64,000 nt of DNA, taken from assembly GCA_020137815.1 (NCBI GenBank), contig CM035359.1, positions 620,001-684,000 of the forward strand, given 5' to 3'. Position 1 is the stretch's first letter. Each line of letters begins with the position of its first letter. The stretch is from Hormiphora californensis (taxonomy: Eukaryota; Animalia; Ctenophora). The notes below the pieces were generated by a model. The model did not search any database, was not told where the DNA came from, and worked only from the letters and a program-made list of their open reading frames with translations. A program made the position numbers and the translations under genes. Positions 1 to 42,601 of the stretch are shown here, piece by piece.

Positions 1-320
1 GATGCAACGTCAAAAGTAGGGCTAGGATTGACTGTACCGCTTACTTAGGCTATCATAATCAGCAAACTGGGAAGGCGGTTCAATGATACCGGATCGCGTC
101 TAGTCAATATTGTGACATGGTTCCAATATAATTTCACATATCACAATGATACCGGATCACGTCTAGTCCAATTTTATACAGTTAATTAGCTTTGAAGTCG
201 AGCTGGTTAATAGCAATTCTATTGCAATGAGTTAACCCAAGTTCGAGATCTATGCAACTCGCATTCGGCTAAATACATTTCCAATTAAACAGTATTTTTA
301 CATACTATTCACCTAGTTGT

Positions 321-392
321 CTCATATAAGACCGTCCTCTTCGCACCTGGCGGCTACGTGAGGCCGGTGCGAAGAGGACGGTCTTATATGAG
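321..392. repeat. Perfect 27-bp inverted repeat (hairpin/MITE remnant)
   Basis: ctcatataagaccgtcctcttcgcacc (321-347) pairs with ggtgcgaagaggacggtcttatatgag (366-392). Confidence 0.85.
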
Positions 393-472
393 CACCGAGG
401 TTGCCCGGTGTACAGTCAGTGTCTGCCAATATTCACCATGAATGTCATATTGGTACGGTTGGTATGTACTCG

Positions 473-585
473 TTGGTACAGAGGGTGAAATAGGGGGGTC
501 AAATGCCCTGTGTACCAACGAGATCTCATTAACCTATCGTTGGTACACAGGGCATTTGACCCCTCCTTTCTGCCCTCTGTACCAA
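473..585. repeat. Imperfect inverted repeat (MITE-like)
   Basis: ttggtacagaggg..ggggtcaaatgccctgtgtaccaacga versus tcgttggtacacagggcatttgacccc..ccctctgtaccaa. Confidence 0.7.
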
Positions 586-1016
586 TACGTCCAGTACCTA
601 TTCGGTACTGGAGGTATTGGTACAGGAGGTATTGGTACTGCGGGTGTGATTCACCCAATCGACAACCGGCCTAACAGAGGTCAGGGACATACAAAAGATA
701 GAGAGGGAGGGAGAGAGAGAGAGAGAGGGAGAGAGAGAGAGAGACAGAGAGAGACAGAGAGAGACAGAGAGAGGTCATTGGTCAAGCACGAGATCAAGCA
801 CGAGGTCGAGCACGAGGTCGAGCACAAGGTCAGCACAAGGTCTGGGCACGGTCGTGGAGAAGGTCTGCGATGAAATGAACAGATTCCAGACATTTTAATC
901 TATTTTTCAAACTCGCGCGGCTCATCAATGTGACTTACCTGATTTTGATTTGCGCGTGACTGTGCACTACCTGTGTTCTCGACCTGTGCACTACCTGAAC
1001 ATTTCCGAGTATGCTC

Positions 1017-1264
1017 ATTAGGGATCCCTATTTTGAAACGCAAACAACTTTTTTTAAAGATCCGATCATGATTGTTTTGCGCGGCGTCAAATGCAGCGCA
1101 TAAAGTAATTTTCTCGCGTGCAACGTAATTAAACATACCGCGGCAGCACTGTTCCAAAATCTATTTTTAAAATTGATTCGATTAAAAAATCGCGTCGTGG
1201 TTTGTGTGTTTTTTCAAAATGGCAAAAAAATCTGACTTGGTCCTTGAAAAGCGCTGCCTTATCC
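1017..1264. mobile_element. Dispersed non-autonomous element, homologous (reverse) to 35955-36041
   Basis: Shares attagggatccctat and cttgaaaagcgctgccttatcc with the reverse complement of 35955-36041. Confidence 0.55.
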
Positions 1265-2241
1265 CGTGCTGCCAGGAGCGTTAGCCAAGCTTGGCCCCCT
1301 CGATCCCTTGCAGGGCCCATGCCCCCTTCCCACGCTCAGCCCATGGGTCCTGATCGCCCGGCGGGACTGCTCCCTGCTCGTGTCACCCTGCCTATTTAAA
1401 TCATTAATACTACTTATGATAATACCCTATCTTAACTTATTACTATTCCTGTGTCATGCGTGACTCTGTGTCTGTGTTTTTTACGGTCATGCTTGTTTGT
1501 GTGAGTGTGTTTTTGTGTGTTTGTGTGTGTGTATGTGTGTGTACTGTATACTTTTGGGTATGAGCATGTATGTGAGGGTAATTTCTATTTTTCTATTTAT
1601 TTTTAAATCTGTTTTAACTGTACAGCATAATTTGACTCAGCGACTATACTAATTTATTATACTATGCTATATTTAGCTGTTCTGCATCTTCCCTACCCCT
1701 AGTTATCCCCTAGTTAATCATCTAAGTATCTACCCTTATTTAACTATCTATCTATCAACTTACTATTTATTATTACAGTACCTAATCTATAATATATAAA
1801 TACCCCTTGGACTTTTGAATCGGCATCAGCATAACATGGACTTTTTACCGGACAACCGTTTAATTACTCGCTAAAAGGAGTGTCAATATGTATACAATTG
1901 TTATTGTTATATGTATTGAATTAGATTGAATAAATAATAAAATCACCCTGCCCGCTGACAGTTGCTGTCGCCCCTTGCCTGGCTAGACTGTGTTTCGGGC
2001 GCCCCGAAATGTAAAGGGAGGGTTAGAACATAACAAGTCGCCCCGACCCTGGACGCACAGGGAAACGCAGGAAAAACGGCAGAAACATTTATATTAACAG
2101 TTTATTGCTGGTTTATCAGAGAAATCTGTACCAAAAAAACCGTGGATTAGAAAGGGATATTAGCACTGCACCCGACTTATCCTAAAAAAGTGGCCTTGCT
2201 TGCAATATCTAACTCCTTACTCCCTCCCTGTAGAGGCAGTC

Positions 2242-12101
<9,860 letters not shown>

Positions 12102-12706
12102 ACAGAGCAGAGATAGGTCCAGTGACAGGGAGATAGGTCCAGTACACTGTACTGTACACTGACAGAGAGATAGGCCCAGTACAATATTACAATAACAGAG
12201 ATAGGCCCTGTAACAGAGAGATACAGAGTCAAATCCAGATACAGACAGGGATAATGAGATTAGATAAGAGATTGACAGACCTAGATGACAGACAACTAAT
12301 TATTTCAGATATTAGTATGTGGACTGACCTGTCGCGTAGCTATTGACACTGACCGACAACAGGAAGCCATTTTGGGAATAGTTGGTGACGATTAGACACT
12401 GACAATACTGATATACTGTTAAATTAGAGATGAAATTATTCGTTTAGAATTGTTGTAAACAAACAGTTTTGAAACAAAATTTAATCTGTGTGTGGTACTG
12501 GTCGTTGTAAATAATGGTAACCAATGGTAACAAATTGCCATGTTGCTAACTGCTAAATGGTAACCAATGGTAACTCCAGATGGTAGCTCTACTGATTTGT
12601 AACCGGTATATAATACTCGTGGAGGATAGACAACACGCCGCCTACTATGAATACTATACACCTTATCAAGAGTGAGCGAAGTGTGTGATTTGCCTGATTT
12701 GCCATC

Positions 12707-12769
<63 letters not shown>

Positions 12770-14122
12770 GAAATTGCGAGAATGAGAGTGGCGTGTGTGA
12801 GAGTGATTTTGCCTAAAAATCAAGAGATCTTTTAGCATGAAAAGCTACGACCGTGACTAGCTGAACTATAATAGCCCTCACTCCGCAGCATCTTTGAAGC
12901 ATTTTAGCATTTAGCGTGTGAAGCATTTTAACTGAATAACTGAACTGTTTTGTATTCAAACCACTCAACCCCACTCACTCCACTAAAAGCCTACTAACAT
13001 GAACAGCCTACTAACAGTAACACCCTACTCACACCCACCTCACACCCCGCACTCAGATATTCCAGAGCGTGTTTGCCTCTTCTCTGATCCGTGTTTTGAG
13101 TGAAGAGAGGTTTCTTGGGAGTACGCTCAAGGGTTCACCTCAGGTAGCAGTATACTACGGGGGCTGCTCTAGTACTCCCTCCCATTTAGTCAACCTCTGT
13201 CTCTCTGTCTCTCTCTGTCTCTCTCTGTCTCTCTCACCAGTTAATGTGTAAATCTCACTTTCAATCTCTACTTCTTCGCCCGTTGATTATATATTATTGG
13301 TATTCTTCTTCTCTCTCTCCGAGCTTCCCTAACTAAGGGAACGCAGCCCCCGGACCCTCACATTTCTAACACACATCCCCTTTCAGTGTAGCACAGTACT
13401 GCCCCTACTCTGCCTCACCCGATCACAAAGCAAGAAACAAGCACACGATCACCCTTACAGCCGCCGCAGAGGCAAACACAATCAAGTGATACCCATTGAA
13501 AACGGTTATATCATTCTTTATGGACGCTAGATTGCTAGAAACACTTTCAGAAACACTACTTTCACTTTCAGAAACACTACTTTCACTTTCACTTTCAGAA
13601 ACACTACTTTCACTTTCGGTTTCACTTTTAATCGGTGTGGATTATATCACGTGTTTGTGTGTAATTGCGGCTGTGTGTGATCGGGTTTAGAGGATATTGT
13701 GTGACTGTGTGAGGTGTGATACTGAGCAATATATAATTTAACGTTGTGTGCAACTTTTCTAATTTTCAAAATGGAAGACGTGTGTGTTACTTTGCGTGTG
13801 ATGTTTCTACCTATAGAGTGCAGGGTTTAGTAGCATATCTTATTGATTAGTTAATTAATTAATTGATTCTCTGCTATCAGCTGGAGATTCTGTTTTACGT
13901 TACCAGGCAACTGTTTACATTTTTGTTGCCTGGCAACTTAGATCATGTTTTGGTTCAAAAATTAGAAACCAAAACATGTTTGAACATGACAGGGAAGACT
14001 CCCAATTCCTCTCTCTCTCTCTCCTCAACAAAGTATTTAACACACCCTCCTCCCTTCTCAGATAATGATCCTGATAATGACAAGTAAATTCAGGACAACT
14101 CTTGAGGATGAGGATTACAGTT

Positions 14123-14886
14123 ACTAACGGGTGACAACTAAAAATTGTCCCTAATTCAAAACGGCTGTATAAATTTTTTCTTTTGAGATACAGCTTCGGG
14201 CTAGTGATAGAACGATTTTTCAGACAATTTTGAATCGGAATAACATACCGGCAAAGTCTAAAAATTTCATTTTCATTGCGATATCGCATCATTTCCTCTT
14301 GTCCCTCCAAAGCATGTAGTACGGAGATTTGAAATTTCTATGTTATCAGAAACGACCTTCCCGATGAGATAGAATTCTCAAAATTGGAAGTCTAGTCGTT
14401 CATGCCATAACCAACATAACTGCCAAGTTTGAAAATTTCAGCTCATTAGGAAGTTGGTTTTCCGCGTCATTAATGTTTCAAGAGATTGTCGAAATGGCGA
14501 TTTCTCAAATTACCTGTAAACACCGCTTTGTTACAGAAGATTCTGATCAGGAAATTGAGATTAACGGAGTTTGAAACAATGTTAATTTCGTTCAAAATGG
14601 TCTGAAAAATCATTCTGTCGCTATCCCGAAGCTGTATCTCAAACAGAACATGCGCTAGAGGTGCTAGAAGATTGTGTAGATTTCACGTACTTCATGCTTT
14701 GGTGGGGCAAGAGGAAATGATGCGATATCGCAATGAAAATGAACTTTTTAGTCTTCGCCGTTATGTTACTCCGATTTAAAATTGTCTGAAAAATCGTTCT
14801 ATCGCTGGCCCGAAGCTGTATCTCAAAAGGGAAAAATTCTACAGCCGTTTTAAATTAGGGACAATTTTTAGTTGTCACCCGTTAGT
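14123..14886. mobile_element. MITE with about 180-bp imperfect TIRs, TA-flanked (Tc1/mariner-like)
   Basis: ctaacgggtgacaactaaaaattgtccctaatt... versus ...aattagggacaatttttagttgtcacccgttag; TA on both flanks. Confidence 0.8.
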
Positions 14887-16126
14887 AGGGATGTGTTCTA
14901 TACCCCCCTTTGCATTTGTAATTGTGCGGTGAGACGAGCAAGGAATCCCATGAATCAACGGTCGCTATGGGAACCAGAAGTCGAGCGTTGTCCCTGCTAA
15001 GTGCTTAGTGGGTCGATGGTTTAGGGTTAACCCGAAATAAACAAAAACTAAAAACAGTTATACAGGATATTTTATCAGCTACGGTTAAATAGAGTGCATA
15101 ATTTTGTAAATACTATTGTTTTTCCTACGAGAGCGCTTAAATCGGCCATTTTGTTATGTTAATTAGCTGATTAAATTACCAAGAAGTGATCAATTTATCA
15201 TGTGTGAGAAGAGTTAAATACAATATGCAATTAAAATTAAATAGCATGTACAATAAAATGTAGATTAAAGTACTTTCGTAATCTAATGTACAAATCAAAC
15301 AGTGAGCTAGTTAAAGAATTATTTAAAAAAATCATTTATGAATCTCATTCTGGCGCCGCCAAACCCCATTTTGATTCTTTAGCGCTCATATCGGGTCGGC
15401 GCTGCCAGACAGGTATGGCGTGTGTGTGTTAATGTTAGTGTAAATAGCAAAAAACAGTAGAACAATATATTATGAGGGTGATTCTTGTAACTTGATAACG
15501 TTTTCCTTGAGGTTCTTTAAACCTTACTTTTTTAATTCGATAATACCGAAAAATTACACATATAGTGGGACCCCGATTTACCGGGATACTCGACCCTGGG
15601 GAAGCGGTTTGCCTTGTTGAGTAAGGGTGGAACTTAACAAGGCTTGCCTATAGGTGATACATCGGGGTCAGGGGTCCCTCTTTCAGGGGAGAGATGGTTG
15701 ATAGAGGAGCGGATTACAGGAGTACCCTTCACAATTCGATAGAGATCAGTGATCACATGACTTTCTGCCCCTATGTGATTGCACCCCCCCTCCTTCGACA
15801 CTTGCCTGGCGGTGCTAGACCCCGTTTTCATTCTCCGAGCCTATGCTATTGCTAGCGTGTGACAGTTCGCTCAGATTGGGTCGGCACCGCCAGGCAACAT
15901 TTAGTAAAGTTGACTCCAATTTCGTGTTAATAAATTAAAAGTTAAAACACCAGGATAAAATAACTTCAGTTGTCACACTAATCACACTGTTGTCCCATAG
16001 TTTCAACTCCATAAAAAGATGCCAACTTGTAAATCCAATGTTCCTGAAAACTCCAAACTCTCCCTGATCCTCACTGTGCAGTAAAAAGAGAGGGTGTCAG
16101 GATGGAAAGTCCCCCATTACTTCCTC

Positions 16127-32376
<16,250 letters not shown>

Positions 32377-32625
32377 GTGGAGGCTAAAACACAGTTGGGA
32401 ATTAGATAGGGAGAGAGGAAGGGGAGAGAGGAAGGGGAGAGAGGGAGGGGAGAGAGGGAGGGGAGAGAGGGAGGGGAGAGAGGAAGGGGAGAGAGTAAGG
32501 GGAGAGTTAGGGGAGAGAGGGAGACGAGAGGTCGTAAATCCAAATTATATACACAATTGACCGGGGGAGAATACAAATTAGTACAGTCGTAAAATACGAA
32601 TCCAAATAAAAACAAAAAGATATCA

Positions 32626-35600
32626 TCACACATCCACACAGGGTCTCTTTGCAGGAGGTTCTCTCGTCTCCAAATGTGACTCGTATGATGACTTATCCAT
32701 TAGATTCTTTAAAATACTCTTTTCTTCACTTTTATTGGGTTGTATTACAGCTATATACCCCTCTGAATCCCACTGAAATAGAGAGATTGTTATTGGGCTG
32801 TATTACATATAGAGATTGTTGTTTACTGAAATATAGATATGGTATTTTTCTACTGAAAATGAAGGGAATGTTTAAATCAATATAATACACACACCTGCAT
32901 TACATACTCATGTTATGTACCTACAGGTCCTGTACATGAGTGTTCTATTGATTAGGTCCGGAGGGCCTAGTCTCTAGGTTCTCTATAAATTGGTAACCAT
33001 AGTAGTTATTCTAATTGGGTATAGAAGTACGCCCCCGGACGTGTCCCCCACACACCAATTTATCACCCCGTCCGCCTTTTCCACAACATGAATAGCTATC
33101 TTTTATTGACCAAGGAAGGTTCCCAAAAAAGAGATCCTATAAAAAGATTGTTATCACCTTTGTGTAAAGGGATTTGTCTCTAAGTCTATATTTTGTCACC
33201 ATTCTTTTAAAATCCGGGATAGAAACAATCCTTGCGTTTTAGTAATGATAGACAATATTAAATCACAAAATAAACATCATTGTGAAAGTGGACAATAATA
33301 TAAAACACAACCCAGAAGGGTTAAGCCCCTTGCATTAATATTATTAGTTATCAATTAATTAATTAGTAAAACACTCACATGTTTAGTAATAAGTGTTGGG
33401 TTGGTTTTTAGTCGCTGATTAACCTCCAAAATCTTCCCTCTGATTCCAGCGTGTATTGTATGAGTTGAACCATCGGCACATGTCACAATGCAAAGCCGAC
33501 ACCGCTCTTGAACAAACTTGGCACCTATTGAATAGAGGGTCGGTTGTTTAAATTTATTAATTAGTTGAATAAATTAATTAGTTGAAACTAATTAAATCAA
33601 CTAATCCCCGGTTCGAATTCGAAAAACAAGAGGGGAAGAATATGTTCATTACAGTGGTGTCACCATTTTTACCTTTCTTCTTCTTCCCGGACAGTGTCAC
33701 AACACTTCTATCACAGGTATCTGTTATCTTGAAGTTAACTTTAGTAACAACCTAGCGGGGGGGGGGGGGGTACGGGTTAATTTAATTAATTAATAAAGAT
33801 TGTTAAAGCCATTGTAAACGAGACAAAATATCATAATAATAATAACAGGACCAAATACCTTGTTGTGTAACGGGTTTGAGGGTGGTACCATTATCATACC
33901 CATCAGTGCGTTATGTGATGTTATTACGTCTCTTACCTGTCTCTAAAGTTACCATATACTGAAACAATTGGTAACAGTATAAAATATGATCTGCCGCAGA
34001 GTTTCTATTGTCGTACTTCCATCAGGTTGTAATATCTACCGTGGGTTTGTAACACATTTACAAATCTCCTCGTCAACTCAACAGATTATAAGTGCAACAC
34101 GTTGGGGTAATGGTTTGGAACCAGTTTTAAAACGTATCAGGATAACTGGTCTGTGGCTGACGGGAAAACAAGTGACTTTAAAAACATTAAATAGTTACAT
34201 CCAACTTACCAAGTGTTAAGATTCGCACAGATCTAGATTACTAAGATTCACACAATTGCCTCTGAACTACGGATTCACATGATTCTAAGACGTGGGTTAA
34301 ATGTATTAGGCGACAGTTTTTATAACCTATAAGATTAACACTTCATACTGTTGGTTTAAGCAAATTCGGATCTTAAAACATACATACTTAGTACCACTAT
34401 AATTAGAATAATTAAGGATCTCCAATAACAATACACATGTATCTATCACCTTACCCTCTACGACTCCATCTCAGTTGTTTAAAACCCGATTACCATCTGA
34501 CTGATACTAGTAACGACCTATAAGTTGAGTTAATGTCTTTAATCTCAGGACAATACCCTTCATCAAATGCCACCCCTTCCACCCACCTCTCCCATACTGC
34601 AGGATCTTCCGAGGTTTGAAAACTGCGATAGAACAAATCCTTGTGTTCTGATAAGAGGTACAATCCCCCGTTTTCACTAACAAACACAGCAGATAAGCCA
34701 TCTGATAGACGGTGTGAGAGAAGTGTCTGCTTGTCAAGGGAGAGAGCAGAGAATGATCTTGACAAGAGAACACGTCTCACAATATCATTCACCTTAATTA
34801 TCCTATCAGGCGGGAGAAGAACAGTTTCTGTAGTTGGATAGGAGAACCGGCAACATTGATCAGGAGATATAACAGTCACATATCCACTATGAGATATCAT
34901 AGCAGCACGTGCAGAGGGAACATTGTGTGGCACCTGGTGGGTTATATCCCCTGTACCCACATCCAGAGTTAGGAGAAATGAGTTAGTGACAGCAGTTAGA
35001 GTACCTCCATTACCACATTCCACAGCTAGGAACCTCTCAGTAAAGGGGATGTGTTCATTTGGTATAGTAACCAGTTCAGTGTGGGAATCTAGTTTATGAA
35101 TTGCACTTGGTTCTACTAGAAGCCATTCCTCATTAGGCTGAATTATTAGTTTGCCACTTGATACAATATCCTCCCTCCATATCTCCTCTATACCCCTTAC
35201 TGTCTCTACTCCATTTAGCTGCTATCCCTCACAGTCTCTACTCCATTAGTACTGACTTGTAGAATGCTGGTGGCAGTTAGAACCAGGACTGTATCGGGTG
35301 TAATGGTAATATTGAACACAGGAACATCAGACTTGTAAACAGGGACAAGAGAGTATCGAGTGAGGGAGATTAGTTGGAACACTGTATACATAGTGTGAAG
35401 ATAAGTAGAGTTGTAATCACTGACAATATTAATAACAGGTAACTGGGTTTCAAATACAGATATAGCAGTGACACCAGGTAACAGAACCACTGTACTCGTT
35501 ACCTCATCTGGTGTTCTATCCCCGATATCTCTAATATTGTAATAGTGTTGGGGGATGATACATAGATCAAATCTCCCAACCAAGTTTCCCCAATTAGGTG

Positions 35601-35738
35601 AGGAGTGAGGGAGAGGGAGGATGCATCTGGGTTACTGGAGGTGTCGGAAAGGAGGGCGTCTGATAGCAGGTCCACATCATGCTTTTCACTCCACCTCAGG
35701 GATTTTGTTTTGTGTGGAATTACACACGGTACAATCAT
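32626..35738 (-). CDS. ABITRAM: ABITRAM (FAM206A/Simiate, GCV-H-like) domain protein, apparently with a long uncharacterised N-terminal extension
   Basis: C-terminal exons 33859-33958, 33673-33751, 33379-33524 and 32626-32772 encode LSGKKKKGAKFVQ..LCIVTCADGSTHTIHAGIRGKILEVNQRL..NPTLI..SEGYIAVIQP, matching ABITRAM. Upstream exons 35233-35738, 34494-35137 and 34017-34156 join in phase if 3 single-base indels are allowed. Confidence 0.72.
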
Positions 35739-36026
35739 TTCATAACTATAAGAATTGTTGAAGTCAATCGGATGGCCGATGGATAATGATGAAGTGACAC
35801 GTCTTTACTCTCCCAATAAGGAGAGGGGTGAGAGATGAATCTGGGTTACTGGTTCTGGGAGGGGTGACAGAACCGGGACAAAGCCCCCTGACATTCGCAC
35901 AGTGGGGGGACTGAGATGTTGGCCAAAAGGGGGTCAAAACATTGGCAAACGTAGGATAAGGCAGCGCTTTTCAAGTCAAAACACTGACATTTTCGTCCAA
36001 ATCATGAAATTTTCAAAAGTTTGGCA

Positions 36027-36828
36027 TAGGGATCCCTAATAAAGTTGTGACTTGTCACCAAACATGTGGTTCCCGTGGCGGCGCGGCTTCAAAATGCGCG
36101 ATTGTAACTTGTCACCGTTGGCATACGTTGCAGGCCCCTTATAATATAATATAAGGGGCCTGGAGGGAATACCGCGCTAGGGGGGAATACATAATCAATC
36201 ATATCTCCGGTTCCAGATAAGGTACAGAAATCGTTTTGGTAGCGTTGGAAAGAGGAAGATAACAGCTTTCAAATGCAACCGGTTTCAGGTCTCTATCTTA
36301 TCAGGAACAGGAGATATGAACCAAACTCCGCAAAATCGAGTGCGGTAAAATCAAAATTTGAATGAAATTTTTAAAAAGGTGTCCCTGCAAGAATCTGTGA
36401 CGTCACTTTTTGAAAACAACCCATCTTTCAACGGCTATTGCTCAGCCTCCTTAAGTCCAATTAACTTCTCTCAAAAACAGCAAGGTAGATAATCGTCAGA
36501 TCTAACAACTGGTGAAAGAATCAAGTCAAACGGACTTCAGGAGCCAAAGTTATAAGCACCGCCGTTTTTTCGACCGCAAAGTTATCTTTGACCCAGCCGG
36601 GATCAGGCCAAACGCGCGCGCGGCATTCCCTCCAGTCCCCTCGTTGCGGGGGTGCGCGCATGAGGGGGCTGCAGCGCATTCCAATTGTCACCGCATGGTT
36701 TACGCCGCGCCGCAGCTACGCGCAGTGGGAACCACGTGCGTTTTGGTACGCGCACACGCGGTGACAAGTCACAACCGCGCCTCCGCAAGACTACAGTGAC
36801 AAGTCACAACTTTATTAGGGATCCCTAT
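36027..36828. mobile_element. Composite non-autonomous element with 33-bp TIRs
   Basis: atagggatccctaataaagttgtgacttgtcac (36027) versus gtgacaagtcacaactttattagggatccctat (36796-36828); internal segments are duplicated just outside the right end. Confidence 0.65.
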
Positions 36829-36914
36829 ACGTTGCAGGCCCCTTATAATATAATATATATGCGGGGGTGCGCGCATGAGGGGGCTGCAGCGCATTCCAAC
36901 TCAAAAGTAAAAAG

Positions 36915-37907
36915 GGTAAGTCGGAAGAACGTGTCCGTTTGTCTCATGAGGCCTCATGAGGCGCCTCATGAGACCTCATGAGGCACTCATGAGGCGCCTC
37001 ATGAGGCCTCATGAGACATTTTCAGCTGTTTTAGTGCCTCATGAGGCCTCATGAGGCCTCATGAGGCGCCTCATGAGGCACTCATGAGGCCTCATGAGGC
37101 CTCATGAGACACTGCTCATGAGGCCTCATGAGACATGTGCCTCATCCCGACTTTGTTTTGATGTCTCATGAGGCCTCATGAGCAGTTTTGACATGAGGCA
37201 TGTCTCATGAGGCCTCATGAGGCATATCTCATGATACCTTAAAGTTAGTATAGCTATAGGATTAGGATTAGGGTTAGGGTTAGAGTTAGGACCGGGTTTC
37301 GGTCCCAGTTAGGAGTACGAACCTAACCACTAAGCCCTGACCACTAAGCCTAGGGGTTAACCCCAACCAATAGGCGTAGGCCTAGAAGTCTATTCTTAAC
37401 CCTAACACTAGGGTTAGGATTAGTGTTTGGGTTAAGGATTGAACCCTAGGCCTTGGACCTAGGTTTATCATATTATCATTAAAGTTTGGGGTTAACCCCT
37501 AGGCCTAGTGGTTAGGCTCGTACCCCTAACTGGAACCGAAACCCGGTGCTAACTCTAACCCTAGCCTTAACCCTATGGCTATACTAACTCTAAGGTGTCA
37601 TGAGATATGCCTCATGAGGCCTCATGAGACATGCCTCATGTCAAAACTGCTCATGAGGCCTCATGAGACATCAAAACAAAGTCGGGATGAGGCACATGTC
37701 TCATGAGGCCTCATGAGCAGTGTCTCATGAGGCCTCATGAGGCCTCATGAGTGCCTCATGAGGCGCCTCATGAGGTCTCATGAGGCCTCATGAGGCACTA
37801 AAACAGCTGAAAATGTCTCATGAGGCCTCATGAGGCGCCTCATGAGTGCCTCATGAGGTCTCATGAGGCGCCTCATGAGACAAACGGACACGTTCTTCCG
37901 ACTTACC
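36915..37907. mobile_element. 993-bp foldback element with an 8-bp TSD (Merlin- or MULE/Foldback-like)
   Basis: Ends ggtaagtcggaagaacgtgtccgtttg / caaacggacacgttcttccgacttacc. TSD gtaaaaag at 36907-36914 and 37908-37915. Arms are built of palindromic ctcatgag units. Confidence 0.88.
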
Positions 37908-38249
37908 GTAAAAAGTGCGTCAGGTCTCAAAAAGTCGGGAAAATTCTTGAACCACACGCGCGCGCTACGATCATTTATTTTGTTTGCGCGGCTTCTTTCT
38001 GCAACGCAAACTTGCAGAATTGGCGACAAATTGCAAAAGACCTCTTATTTCCATTCGACCCTCTCACATCCCAAATAAAAAGCAAGTTTCCCAAGTTGTT
38101 AAAATATAATCTCTACAAAATTACAATATCATCTCTTTAAACATTCTGAACAATGAAAGTGTCTAATTAATGGAGGTGAGAGAATTAGCACATGCCACAA
38201 ATGAGAAGGGTTATCAAATAACATTTAGTAATAAATAACACACTGAAAA

Positions 38250-41822
<3,573 letters not shown>

Positions 41823-41828
41823 CCCCCT

Positions 41829-41899
<71 letters not shown>

Positions 41900-41956
41900 G
41901 AGATAGATCGGGAGTGAGAGAGGGGAGAGAGAGTGAGAGACAGAGAAAGAGAGAGT

Positions 41957-42020
<64 letters not shown>

Positions 42021-42601
42021 GAGAGGGGGAAGGGAAAGAAATAGGGTGAGGGTTGCAGTAGTAGTCGAGAGAAACAAGGAAAGATAGAAACAGGGATGGG
42101 GTCCGGGGTAGTCGATTGAAACAAGAGAGACGGGGGGGGGGGAGGTTGATACTAGTTGATTGAAACAAGAGAGACGGGGGTGGGGGAGGTTGATACTAGT
42201 CGATTGAAACAAACACATTTCTTGAAATGTAGTGGTGGTGTAAAAATGGGTAAAAGATGAGATACACGCACGTTTACAGAGAAGATTTGTTACAGTAACA
42301 CTCTGTAACACAGTTACACTCTACCAATATATCTCTCTCTTTCTCTCGCTAGACAGTGTGTCTGTGACAAACTGAAACACCCCCATCTCTTATAGAAACA
42401 CCCAGATATTAGGGAGTGAGAACCTCACTGAAACACCCTTAATCCAGATAGGAGGCGAATGAGAACCTAATCTCTCACATACCCCAATAACATACTAAGA
42501 GGAGATATCTCTCATAACATCCCCAGAACATCATGATATATCGGAGGGGGCCGGGACACAAAACACTGAAATCAAAAAATACGAAAATCCTACTCCCTCA
42601 C

